Source: Malacoraja senta
Lineage: Eukaryota
Direction: 5' to 3'
Assembly (NCBI GenBank): GCA_038087875.1
Contig: CM075989.1
Location: 7,690,001 to 7,750,000 of the forward strand
DNA: 60,000 nucleotides
Positions 1 to 12,785 of the stretch are shown one piece after another. The translations under genes were made by a program, and so were the position numbers. Within the stretch, counting starts at the first letter, position 1. Every line of letters starts with the position of its first letter. The notes below the pieces were generated by a model. It saw only the letters and a program-made list of their open reading frames with translations. It was not told the origin of the DNA and ran no database searches.

Positions 1-2658
1 TTTCCAGTTATTCGCGATTAAAGCTTTAAAAATGCCAACTTTAACAAGGTTTTTACTGTTAAAATCCTTCCTCCCAGCTTCCAACACACATCGATACAAA
101 GTTGCAAGACAGGAACACTCTGAATTTCACCTCAATAGGATATTTCAACAGGAGGAGGAGGACCAATTGGTATTGCAATTGGAACTGCTGCAGCAGGCAG
201 AGGAGGTGCTGAGATCCACTTCTGAGGGACGCAGGGGAGTGCTGGAACCTTACGTTTAGGAATGGCTTCAGTTGCATTGGGGGAACGGGTGAGTGGTGGA
301 ATATTGTGTTGGAGGACCACACCATTGGGGGAGCAGACCCAACGGGTCTGCACTTGGCCTAGTATATTCTTAAATTCTCTGTTAAAGTGGTAATTTCAAA
401 TGGCATACGAAGTTGGGTCCCTTCTTCAGACCCAAAATATTGTCTGTTCATTTCTTCCACAGATGCAAGCTGACCCGTGGGGTGACTCCAGTTCCTTGTG
501 TTTTGCACAAGACTCCGGCATCTGAGGTTCTTGTGTCCTCACAATCTTCTTTATTTTCAGTTTTCTGTATTTCACAATTTTATATTTTCCTTTGTTATTT
601 TTTTCTCTCACTCCCTAACTGCTGTCATTAATCCATCAATCAGATGGGTTCATCATCAGCTATGGCAACCCTAGCCTCACCCTTTGTCCAAACTGCTCTG
701 CCACATCTTGTGTGCCACTTAAAAAACTAACTGGTTTTATCACTGACGAAGGGTCTTCACCCTGATATTAGCCATGCTTCTCTTTCCACGGATGCTGCCT
801 GAACTGCTGAGTGTTTCACTTATTGCTTATATAATAACAACAGTTTGCCACAAACATGTCCTTCACCACAAAACACGCAATGTGCAGAATAAATCGGGGT
901 CAATACAAAGGAATGTCAGACCTGCAGGGCTGGTTCCTACACTAAAGCAATATCACAAATATCTTTCATGTAAATTGAATGACAATTCACTGTTATTTGC
1001 TGTTATATCAGTTAGATATTTTTCGCTCCGTAAAAGAATGATTGATATTTATTTAAGTTTTCACATTGTGCCAAAATACCTGTCAGCTTGAAGTGTTGTC
1101 AATATTTCAGTAAATGCAGCAGCCAAGTTGAAACACCACACAAACAACATGGTGAAATTAACAACAGAATCTATTTTTGTGATGTTGAATGAGTGTAGAT
1201 ATTGGCTCCTGCACGCTAGGGTGAACTTTCTGTTCTTTGAAATAGTGTCATAAGATATTTTACATTCAATCATGGTGGGAGCAAACACGGCCCCAGTATC
1301 ACATTCCTTCTGAAAGATGATTACTCCCAAAGAGCAGCACTTGACAAACTAGAGATGCTTCACTTATCTAACTGGGCACCTGACAGATGTACAGTCATAG
1401 TTCATACAGCACAGAAACAGGCCCTTCGGCCCAACTAGTTCATGCCGGCCAAGTTGGCATTCTGGGCTAGTTTCATTTGCTTGTATTTGGCCCATAACCT
1501 CCTAAACGCATACATCTAACAAATGTCTTTTAAGTATTTTTTTTAAATTGTTTTTGCTTCTATAGCTTCCTCTGGCAGCCCGTTCCAGACACTGACCACC
1601 CTCAGAGTCTGAAGAAGGGTCCAGACCCAAAAAATCACCAATACATTTTCTCCAGAGATGCTGCCTGATCCATTGAGTTACTCCAGCATTTTGTGTCTAT
1701 CCCCGAGTGAAAGAGTTGCTCCTGAAATCCCTTCTAAATCTCTCCCCTCTCACCCTAGGCTTATGCCTTCTGGATTTAGACTGGGGAAAAGGCCTGAGCA
1801 TTTGCTTTATCCATATCCAAAACTTGTTAGGGTTGGGTTTGTGTATTAATGTCATATGTAGTGAGATATACTGAAAAGCTTTATTTACCATTACATAGAC
1901 ACGATCAGTTCAAACTATGGATAGACCAAAGGGGGAGATGCAGAGTGTAGAATATAGTTCTCAGCATTGTAGTGCATTGTAAGCATATTAAAAGGCTTCC
2001 AGATTTTTACATTTGGAAAAATCTGATTTCAGGAGGATCCCGAACCAAAATGTCACCTATTCATGCCGCCTGACCTGCTGAGTTGCTCCAGCATTTTTTT
2101 TAAACGATGGTAAAGCAGCTCTGATAAAAATCCCAGTCAAGACTTTGACTTGACAGATATGAACCTTGTTGTACTATGCGACCTGATGGCCGCAGTCTGC
2201 AATGAAGTGATGGCTGGCAATGAGTGACAGGCTCTGTGCTTCGACCCAATGGCTCTGGAAGCACCAACATCGCCACCTACAGGTAATTCTGATTCAGCAC
2301 AGGTTCCACTCGGATCTCCAGTGCCAGCGAAACGGCAGCTCTGGACTCCGGTGGAAGAAACTCTTAATAACATAGCCACTCACCTGTGCACTCCACTTTT
2401 ACTGTGGCTCATCACAACATTCAATGGGCCCCACGTTCTCCTGACATACCTAGGGTGCTGATCATTTTTTAATTCCATGGCCAACCACATGATTCCCCAT
2501 CAAAATATTTAGCTTTATATATGGAGACAACAAATGTTGATCAATACACAAAAGGACACAAAGTGCTGGAGTAATTCAGTAACGTCACCTATCCATGCTC
2601 TCCAGAGATGCCTGATCTGCTGAGTTACTCCAGCACTTTGTGTGCTTTTTGGTGAGAT

Positions 2659-2858
2659 NNNNNNNNNNNNNNNNNNNNNNNNNNNNNNNNNNNNNNNNNN
2701 NNNNNNNNNNNNNNNNNNNNNNNNNNNNNNNNNNNNNNNNNNNNNNNNNNNNNNNNNNNNNNNNNNNNNNNNNNNNNNNNNNNNNNNNNNNNNNNNNNNN
2801 NNNNNNNNNNNNNNNNNNNNNNNNNNNNNNNNNNNNNNNNNNNNNNNNNNNNNNNNNN
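2659..2858. other. Assembly gap (200 N)
   Basis: Run of 200 n characters; round length suggests a scaffolding gap of unknown true size. Confidence 0.98.
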
Positions 2859-5274
2859 AATGTATGCGGGATAGTTATCTAAACCAACATGTAGAGGAAC
2901 CAACGAGAGAGCAGGCTATTCTAGACTAGGTATTGAATAATGAGGAAGGGTTAGTTAGCAGTCTTGTTGTGCATGCCCCCTTGGGCAAGAGTGACCATAA
3001 TATGGTTGAGTTCTTCATTAGGATGGAGAGTGACATTGTTAATTCAGAAACAACGGTTCTGAACTTAAAGAAAGGTAACTTTGAGGGTACGAGACGTGAA
3101 TTGGCCAAGATTGACTGGCAATTAGTTCTAAAAGGGTTGACGGTGGATATGCAATGGAAGGCATTTAAAGACTGCATGGATGAACTACAAAATTGTTCAT
3201 CCCAGTTTGGCAAAAGAATAAATCAGGGAAGGTAGCGCATCCGTGGATAACAAGGGAAATCAGGGATAGTATCAAAGCAAAAGATGATGCGTACAAATTA
3301 GCCAGAAAAAGCAGCATACCAGAGGACTGGGAGAAATTCAGAGACCAGGGAGGACAAAGGGCTTAATTAGGAAAGGGAAAATAGATTATGAAAGGAAACT
3401 GGCAGGGAACATAAAAACTGACTGCAAAAGTTTTTATAGATATGTGAAGAGAAAGAGATTAGTTAAAACAAATGTAGGTCCCTTGCAGTCAGAAACAGGT
3501 GAATTGATCATGGGGAACAAGGATATGGCGGACCAATTGAATAACTACTTTGGTTCCGTCTTCACTAAGGAAGACATAAATAATCTGCCGGAAATAGCAG
3601 GGGGGCCGCGGGTCAAAGGAGATGGAGGAACTGAGTGAAATCCAGGTTAGTCGGGAAGTGGTGTTGGGTAAATTGAATGGATTAAAGGCCGATAAATCAC
3701 CAGGGCCAGATAGGCTGCATCCCAGAGTACTTAAGGAAGTAGCTCCAGAAATAGTGGAAGCATTAGTGATAATTTTTCAAAACTCTTTAGATTCTGGAGT
3801 TTCCTGAGGATTGGAGGGTAGCAAACGTAACCCCACTTTTAAGAAGGGAGGGAGGAGAGAAAAACGGGGAATTACAGACCAGTTAGTCTAACATCGGTAG
3901 TGGGGAAACTGCTAGAGTCAGTTATTAAAGATGGGATAGCAGCACATTTGGAAAGTGGTGAAATCATTGGACAAAGTCAGCATGGATTTACGAAAGGTAA
4001 ATCGTGTCTGACGAATCTTATAGAATTTTTCGAGAATGTAACGAGTAGAGTGGATAGGGGAGAACCAGTGGATGTGTTGTATCTGGACTTTCAGAAGGCT
4101 TTCGACAAGGTACCACATAAGAGATTAGGATACAAACTTAAATCACACGGTATTGGGGGTTCAGTATTGATGTGGATAGAGAACTGGCTGGCAAACAGGA
4201 AGCAAAGAGTAGGAGTAAACGGGTCATTTTCACAATGGCAGGCAGTGACTAGTGGGGTACCGCAAGGCTCAGTGCTGGGACCCCAGCTATTTACAATTTA
4301 TATTAATGATCTGGATGAGGGAATTGAAAGCAACATCTCCAAGTTTGCGGATGACACTAAGCTGGGGGGCAGTGTTAGCTGTGAGGAGGATGCTAGGAGA
4401 CTGCAAGGTGACTTGGATAGGCTCGGTGAGTGGGCAAATGTTTGGCAGATGCAGTATAATGTGGATAAATGTGAGGTTATCCACTTTGGTGGCAAAAACG
4501 GGGAAGGCAGACTATTATCTAATAGGTGGCCGATTAGGAAATGGGGAGATGCAGTGAGACCTGGGTGTCATGGTACACCAGTCATTGAAAGTAGGCATGC
4601 AGGTGCAGCAGGCAGTGAAGAAAGTGAATGGTATGTTGGCTTTCATAGCAAGAGGATTTGAGTATAGGAGCAGGGAGGTTCTACTGCAGTTGTACAGGGT
4701 CTTGGTGAGACCACACCTGGAGTATTGCGTACAGTTTTGGTCTCCAAATCTGAGGAAGGACATTATAGCCATAGAGGGAGTGCAGAGAAGGTTCACCAGA
4801 CTGATTCCTGGGATGTCAGGACTTTCATATGAAGAAAGACTGGATAGACTTGGCTTATACTCGCTAGAATTTAGGAGATTGAGAGGGAATCTTATAGAAA
4901 CGTACAAAATTCTTATGGGGTTGGACAGGCTAGATGCAGGAAGATTGTTCCCGATGTTGGGGAAGTCCAGGACAAGGGGTCACAGCTTAAGGATAAGGGG
5001 GAAATCCTTTAAGACCGAGATGAGGAAAAACTTTTTCACACAGAGAGTGGTGAATCTCTGGAACTCGCTGCCACAGAGGGTAGTTAAGGCCAGTTCATTG
5101 GCTATATTTAAGAGGGAGTTAGATGTGGCCCTTGTGGCTAAGGGGATCAGGGGGTATGGAGAGAAGGCAGGTACGGGATACTGAGTTGGATGATCAGCCA
5201 TGATCATATTGAATGGCGGTGCAGGCTCGAAGGGCCGAATGGCCTACTCCTGCACCTATTTTCTATGTATCTAT
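2859..5274 (+). mobile_element. CR1-clade LINE, ORF2 (end of endonuclease, RT, 3' end), frameshifted; 5' part lost in the gap
   Basis: LGKSDHNMV, QHGFTKGKSCLTNL, YLDFQKAFDKVPH, GVPQGSVLGP, KFADDTKL, LVRPHLEYCVQFWSP; typical CR1 3' hairpin and TTCTATG-type tail. Confidence 0.95.
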
Positions 5275-5387
5275 ACTCTGTCACAGCAAGAGATTCCCAG
5301 TTGGACAAGGGGATATTCTCAAAGCCTCCTTGAGTAGGTATAACAGGCACACGGACTCGTGGCTACCCCCGGCTAATCGGGCTCATT

Positions 5388-5689
5388 AGGGTGGCACGGT
5401 TGCGCAGCGGTAGTGTTGCTGCCTCACAGTGCCAGACACCCAGGTTCGATCCCGACTACGGGTGCCGTCTGTATGGAGTTTCTACGTTCTCCCCGTGGTC
5501 GCATGGGATTTCTCCGAGATCTTCGCTTTCCTCCCACACTCCAAAGACGTACAGATTTGTAGGTTAATTGGCGTGGTGTAAGTGAAAATTGTCCCTAGTG
5601 TGTGTAGGGTAATGTTAATGTTGCTGGTCGATTCGGACTCAGTGGGCCGAAGGGCCTGTTTTCGCGCTATATCTCTAAACTAAACTAAA
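5388..5689 (+). mobile_element. tRNA-derived SINE (HE1/V-SINE-like)
   Basis: tRNA-like head with A/B boxes (ggttcgatccc), shared central domain, 3' tail gggcctgtttt...(taaac)n; many copies in the window. Confidence 0.85.
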
Positions 5690-6852
5690 TGGAGACAGGT
5701 TGGAAACATGGGGAATTCTAGTGTAAACAGCAGACAGTGCGCACCATCTTAAATGTGAATAAATGGGTCATGGAGCAGATGGATGCAAAGCAATGAGGCC
5801 CAAACACACATGATTATCGAGTAGACAAATTTAAAGGGGGTAATTTTGCAAGTTTCTATTCTTTGCCCAGAGTCACGCTAATCAGACAGACAGTCATACA
5901 TTGGAAAGAAAGGTTGGAGCAGGAAGCAGTCTCTGCAGCCAGCTCCACCACTAAACATCATGGCTGACCCACCTCATCTCCCCACCCTAATCCTTCACCC
6001 CTTGCTCATCAAGAATCTATCCATCTCTGCTTTAAAAATCAAGGACGGTGGAGTGGAGAGTTTCAAAGACTGATCACACTGACAAAGAAACAAAATGCCT
6101 TCTCATGTGTCATAAATAGAGAACCCTTTATTTTATTTAAACAGCAATTCCTTGCTCTAGACCACCAAAAGAGGAAAGAAATGTCCTCTGTAACAGGACC
6201 CCAAGTTCTTTTGAGATTCTTTCTTCCTTGAAATAGCAAGAGAAATTTCTATCTGTTTGTTGAATTCTGGCTGGCTTTGTCTCTTGCTCCATTTCAAGTT
6301 AATCTTTTAATAATTCTTTGCATTTTTTAATATTCTGCCCAACTTCTGACCTGCCACCTGCCTTTGCACAAATGTATGCAGTAAGTTTGCGCTTCCTCAG
6401 TTAACCACCCCACACTTGGAACTTTCCCACTTCCCCACCCAAATTTCTCGCTCTTGGAACCTTTCTTTCTCATTGTCATGCATCTTTCTTTATGTGGTGG
6501 TTAAAAGTCTTCTTAAAAGACCTCAACAGATTGAAGTTTTAACGCAGGTTGCCAGTTCACTTTAGCTAGCTCTGCCTTTGTGCTCCCGTAATTACCCATG
6601 AGAAATAACAGTAGAAGGAAGTGATAGAACAAATTAAATTAATCCTTCATTTCCGTCGTCACAAAAGAGCACGTAAGAAACTTTCCAGGAATGCTGGGGA
6701 ACCAGGAACCAATGGAAATTTGTATCAGTGAGGAAGAAGTACCAGAGGGATTAATGGCACAGCGATGACAACATCGTGGTGACACAGACATTTCACGCAG
6801 ACATTTAAGAAGACATTTCACGCAGATCAATTCCACAGAAAGCAGCTGGTCC

Positions 6853-8371
6853 AAATGGAGTCTCTGGCCATGTCCTCAAGACCTGCGCAGACCAGCTGGC
6901 AGAGGTATTCACAGACATCTTAAACCTATCACTTCTCCATTCTGTGGCCCCCACCTGTTTCAAAAAAGACCATTATCATCCAGGTGCCACAAGACGACAG
7001 TCCAGTGGCTCTGACATCCACCTCCATGAGACTGCTTCGAGACTGGTGAAGGTGCACATTAACTCCAGTCTCACAGCCAGTCTGGATTTACTGCAGTTTA
7101 CTTACTGTCGCAACAGGTCCACAGCGGATGATGCCCCTAGCCTCATCTCTGGAACACCTGGACAACAAGTGCTCAACGTCAGACTCCTGCTTATTGACTG
7201 TTGCTCAGTATTCAACAACATCATCTCATCGAAACTCACTTCCAAACCTCAGGACCCAGGAATCAGCTACCCCCTCTGCCACTGGATCCTCAACTTTCTG
7301 AACCACAGACACCAATCAGTGAGGACGTGACACCTTCTCCGTAATAATTATCAACACTGGTGCCATCTCAGCCCCTTAGTAAACTCCCTATATACTCACG
7401 ACTGTGCGGCCAAGTTCTGTTCTAACTCCATGTACACGTTTTCAGATGATACCACAAAATGGGCCGGATCACGATTAATGATGAGACAGAGTACAGGGAG
7501 GAAATAGAGAACTTAGTGACATGGTGTCAGCACAATAACCTTCCCATCAATGTCAGCAGGACAATGGTGCTAGTCATTGATTTCAGGAAGTGTGATGAAG
7601 TTCGTGCCCCAATCGGAATCAACCAGAAATTGAAAAGGTTGAGAGCTTTAAGTTGCTTCATGTTAATATTACCAATGATCTGTCAAGAAGCAACCATATT
7701 GATTCAACAGCCAAGGTGGCACACTAACACCTCTACTTCCCGAGGAAATTTGGCCTGTCTCCAGTGACTCTTACGAACTTCTACATCATAGAAAGCATAC
7801 TGTCGGGCTGTATCACAGCTTGGTTTGGGAACACAAAATGCTGTAGAAACTCAGTGGCTGAGGCAGCTCTACCCAAGACCACAGGAAATTGCAGAGAGCT
7901 GTAGCTGTAGCCTAGACCATCACACAGACTAGACTTCCCACCATCGACATCACTTGTAAAAAGCAGCCAATCTAAATTAAAGACTTGACCCGCCCCGGTC
8001 ATTCCTCCTTCTCCTTGCCCCCGACCTGAAGGTACAGAAGCTGGAAAACACACACTACTAGGCCCAGGAACAGCTTCTTCCCCTCTTATCAGGCTTCTGA
8101 ACAGACCTCCCATATGCTGGGGTACTGTCCTCTACCCCATTGTGGACATTGAACATTGTCACTGGAACTGATGCGCTACAATGCCGAGAACTATATTCTG
8201 CACTCTGTATCTTCCCCTTTGCTCTGTCTATTGTACTCGAGTTGTATTTATGCATGGTATATCTGATCCATTTGGAGTAGCATGCAAAACAAAGCTTTTT
8301 ACCAACGATACTAAAGATACTATGATCTTTGCTTTTTACCTCAGTACACATGACAATAAGCCTAAACCTAA
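6853..8371 (+). mobile_element. Degenerate Rex1/Babar-type LINE RT and 3' end
   Basis: Decayed motifs [59 protein letters not shown]. Confidence 0.8.
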
Positions 8372-8785
8372 AGTACACCTGTAAATGCTTGCAAGGACTG
8401 ATCAACATTGATTTCTACTCTACAGTCACCCCCGTCACATTCATGTTGACCTGTAGTCCAACAGACAGATATTATTTCTACAAATGCACGCCCCATAGCA
8501 GGCAGCTTGTGATTCATTTGTATCAGCCTGGCTCACAAAGAGCAAATGGAAACAAGGAGCGGCAGGTGTTGGTTTACAAAAAATTAAAATTGCCGGAGTA
8601 ACTCAGTGGATCAACCAGCATCTTCTGAGAACACGGATAGGTGACATTTCCGGTCACCTATCCATGTCTGTCTGAAGAATGGTCCCGACTAGAAAGGTCA
8701 TCAATCCATGCTATCCAGAGATGCTGCCTGACCTGCTGAGTTACTTCAGCACTTTGCATCTATTTTTTGGGAAGAGCAATTCTAA

Positions 8786-9307
8786 AGGCCCTGTCCCACG
8801 GGCAGGCGGTTACTGGCGGTGAAGCAGGAAGTGGGGACCGCGCGTGGACCACTATGGGACCGCGCATGGCCCGCGGGGTCGGTCCCACGCAGACCGCCGG
8901 AACCGTATGTAGTTGGTCCCGACACCGCGCGGTGCTCAGAAAAACTGACTGTCCAAAAATCTCGGCCTGCCGCCCCGCTGCCGCCTCTTCGCCGTGAGCA
9001 CCGCCTGGACGCCGCGAGAACCGCCTGGACGTCATCGCGTAGCGCATTGCGTTGCGCGATGACATCATCACCCGACGCCGCGCTCGCCGCATGCATTCGC
9101 ATGCTCGTGGGACAGGCCGTACGGTACACACTCGGCATCCTCGCGGCAACCGCTTCCGGTTAGGTTGCGCTTGCCGCATGCTCGTGGGATCGGCCGTACG
9201 GTGAACACTCGGCCCCCGCGCGGCGCTCCCGCGGTAGCAGCGCGGTCCCCACTTCCGGGGACGCCGCGCTTCACCGCCAGTAACCGCCTGCCCGTGGGAC
9301 AGGGCCT
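8786..9307. mobile_element. Palindromic MITE, PIF/Harbinger-like
   Basis: Termini aggccctgtcccacgggcaggcggttactggcggtgaagc and its reverse complement; TAA on both sides (8783-8785, 9308-9310). Confidence 0.85.
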
Positions 9308-9340
9308 TAAAGCACAAGCTCAGAAGATCAGATTTTATGA

Positions 9341-9646
9341 AGTTTAGTTTAGTTTAGAGATACAGCGCGGAAACAGGCCCTTCGGCCCACTGAGTCCGTG
9401 CCACCAGCGATCCCCGCACATTAACACTATCCCACACACACTAGAGACAATTTACAATTTTACCAAGCCAATTAACCTACAAATCTGTACGTCTTTGGAG
9501 TGTGGGAGGAAACTGGAGCTCCCGGAGTAAAACCACGCAGGTCACGGGGAGAACGTATAAATTCAGTAGAGACAGCACCCGAGATCGAACCCGGGTCTCA
9601 GGCGCTGCAAGGCAGCAACTCCACCGCTGCACCACCGAGCCTCCCC
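9341..9646 (-). mobile_element. tRNA-derived SINE (HE1/V-SINE-like)
   Basis: Reverse complement of the SINE at 5388, with (gttta)n tail. Confidence 0.85.
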
Positions 9647-9715
9647 TAGGTCTAATGAATGCAAAAGATCCTGCAGCATTATCTCAAGAGCAAAAGAAGT
9701 TCTCCCTAACTCATG

Positions 9716-9938
9716 TGTAGGAAGGAACTGCAGATGCTAGTTTAAACCGAAGATAGACACAAAATGCTGGAGTAACTCAGCGGGACAGGCAGCATCTTTG
9801 GAGAGAAGGAATGGGTGACGTTTTGGGTCGAAACCCTGAAGAAGAGTCTGAAGTAGGGTCTTGACCCGAAACGTCAACCATTCCTTCTCTTCAGAGATGC
9901 TGCCTGTTCCGCTGAGTTACTCCAGCATTTTGTGTCTA
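9716..9938. mobile_element. Fold-back dimer of short Penelope-derived element
   Basis: Two inverted copies of the gatagacacaaaatgctggagtaactcagc...gtgacgtttcgggtc unit, flanked by tctccctaactYatg direct repeats. Confidence 0.8.
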
Positions 9939-10567
9939 TCTCCCTAACTTATGGTCACTTCTCCAAACTAACGACAATGAACCCGATATCATTTTGTTGT
10001 TTGTGGGACCTTCCCAAGTGCAAATTGGCTGCTTTACTTTACAATAGCTTTCAGCATTAAATATGCTTTGAATTAACATTCAAGCAATGACTTCGTAAAA
10101 CGCCAATCAAATTGCTCAGTGCGACACAACAGATGGTAGATAAATGGAACAGGTTGTCAATCCCGACACAGGCACAAAAGCAGCTTACAATTAACAAATA
10201 TTCCAGTTAGATCAGAATTAATGTTCTACTTAAATTATTTATAACAATTTATTGGCCTCTAATTGAACCTCAATTTTAATGTTAAATTCTTCATATCTCC
10301 CACTGTTTAGAAGGGTTTACATTAGATTTTAGTTACAACCAGAAACAGGCCCTTTGGCCCACAGTGTCTATGCCAACCAGCAGTTATCCTGGCGCCTGTA
10401 GTCAGGATAATTGCTGACAGGCAGAAAATCATCAAATATAGTAGTTCTCCGCTTACCTGTATAAAAGAAACAGCAGAAACCAGTGATGCAACTGACAAGC
10501 TGCTAATGCATTTAAACGCATTAGCGCTATTGCGATCGACCGGCAGCAACGGAGCTGCCGACTGTAA

Positions 10568-10899
10568 TGGGCCTGTCCCACTTACGCGACTTTTTCGGCA
10601 ACTGCCGGCACCCGTCCCAGGTCGCAGAAAATTTTCAACATGTTGAAAATCCAGCGGGAACCAGAACAAGGTACGACTCTTTGGGCGACTACTCACGACC
10701 ATACAGGCTTCACCCCACGACATGTCGCCAGGGTGTTGCCTGTATGGTCGTGAGTAGTCTCCTCAGTCACCCAAAGAGTCGTAGCATCTTTCTGGTCGTC
10801 GCTGAATTTTCAACATGTTGAACATTTTCGCCGACCTGCACCGACCTATGACGGGTGCTGGCAAGTCGCCGAAAAAGTCGTGCAAGTGGGACAGGCCCA
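10568..10899. mobile_element. Palindromic MITE, PIF/Harbinger-like (second family)
   Basis: TIR tgggcctgtcccactt...aagtgggacaggccca, flanked by TAA and TTA; internal palindromes ttcaacatgttgaa. Confidence 0.8.
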
Positions 10900-10904
10900 T
10901 TAGG

Positions 10905-12540
10905 GAATTCATGATCGCAGGGGAATCCCCAACCTGGCGGCGTATCGCAGGAACAGTATGTACTGTACCTGGAAACACAGGGGAGGTCTCCATTGTGTCC
11001 GGAAACGTGGCCGGCGGGCAGGACTACGTCAGACTGAAGCGCAGGGGACTATAACCTCCTCTCCCGACCATCCTACTAGCCAATGTACTATCACTGGAAA
11101 ATAAAGTAGAGGACTTAAGATCAAGGCTGCTTTACCAAAGGGAGCTGAGGGTATGCTCTGTGTTCTGTTTCACAGAGCCATGGCTCACACCCGGCTCCCC
11201 AGACTCAGCCGTCCAGCCCGAAGGTTTCTCCATCCATCGTACGGACCGTACCCATGCATTTGGGAAAAGGAGAGGTGCCCTTCTGATCCGCCTCATGGTC
11301 AACTCTTCGTGGTGCTCAGACGTGGCAGTGCTCGCCGCACCTGGAACATCTGACGGTGAAGTGCCGCCCCTTTTACCTCCCGAGGGAATTCACCTCCATC
11401 ATCCTGACCGCGGTCTACATCCCACCACAGGCAGACGTCCGTCTAGCATTGGTGGAGCTGCACGCCGTGGTCAACAAGCACCAGACAGCGAACCCTAAAG
11501 CGTTTACCACCATAGCTGCGGACTTCAACAAAGCCAACCTGAAACTCCCAAACTACCTCGAACATGTCACGTGCAGCACCAGAGGATTAAACACCCTTGA
11601 CCACTGCTATACAACCATCAAGGATGCCTATCGCTCTATCCTCGCCCTCACTTCAAGAAATCTGACCATTCAGCAGTGCTGCTTCTTCCTGCATACAGGC
11701 AGCAACTGAAGAGCGCACCCCAGAGGTGAGGACTGCACAGAGCTGGGGAGGCACAGGAACTACTACAGGACTGCTTGGAGTCAGTAGACTGGGCAACGGA
11801 TCTGAATGAATAGGCCACAGTCCTTACAGACTTCATAAGGAAATGTGTGGAGGACTGTGTGCCTCCAGAAATCTTCTGAGTGTTTTCTAACAAGAAGTCT
11901 TGGATAAGCCAGGAGATCCGCATTCTTCTGAGGACCAGATCCTGGGCATTCAGGTCTGGTGATGCAGAGGTCTATAAGAAGTCCAGATAGGACCTTGACA
12001 AGGCCATCAAAAAGGCCAAAAGGGACCCGCTCAAAGCTGGAGGATGGGGCGGATGTTCGGCAACTGTGGCAGGGTTTGAATGCCATCACCTCCTACAAGG
12101 CGAAATCAGGAGGCAGCTCAAGCGACAGCAAAGCATCACTCCCTGACGAGCTCAATGCGTTCGACGCACGCTTTGATAGGGAGACCATTGATGTGCCTTC
12201 CCGAGCCTCCATACACCCTGATGGTATTACAGTCACAGAGGCCGACGTCAGAGGGGGATGAACCCTCGGAAAGCGCCTGGATCTGATGGTATACCGGGTC
12301 GAGTTCTCAAAATCTGTGCAGGCCAACTGGCTGGTGTTTTTACGGACATTTTCAACCTCTCACTACTGAGGTCTGACGTTCCCACCTGCTTTAAGAGGGC
12401 ATCAATAATACCGGTGCCCAAGAAGAATATGGTGACGTGCCCCAACGACTATCGACCAGTGGCACTAATGTCGGTGGTAATGAAGTGTTTTGAGAGGTTG
12501 GTTATGGTGGATATCAACTCCTACCTCAACAAGAACCACA
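10905..12540 (+). mobile_element. Rex1/Babar-type LINE: endonuclease and N-terminal RT, disrupted
   Basis: [87 protein letters not shown]. Confidence 0.9.
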
Positions 12541-12785
12541 AAGGTGGTGTCGTCGGTGAACTTGAAGATGGAGTTCGCACTATGTCCGGCTACACAGTCA
12601 TGAGTATAGACTGAGTAGAGCAGGGGGCTGAGCACGCAACCTTGAGGTGCTCCCGTACTGATTGTTAATGAGGAAGAAGTATTTCTGCCAATTCGAACAG
12701 TCTGTGGTCTGTGGATGAGGAAGTCGAGGATCCAATTGCGGAGGGATGCGCAGAGACCCAGTTCCGTGAGCTTGGTAACCAGCTT
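12541..12785 (-). mobile_element. Inverted Rex1/Babar RT fragment
   Basis: Minus strand reads [38 protein letters not shown]. Confidence 0.85.

Noticed and set aside
2625..2929. ORFs spanning the N run
   Set aside because: Artefacts of the assembly gap.
5388..5460. tRNA genes
   Set aside because: The tRNA-like sequences are SINE heads continuing into SINE bodies, not full cloverleaf genes.
8760..9347. Many overlapping Arg/Ala-rich ORFs
   Set aside because: Artefact of a GC-rich palindromic MITE.
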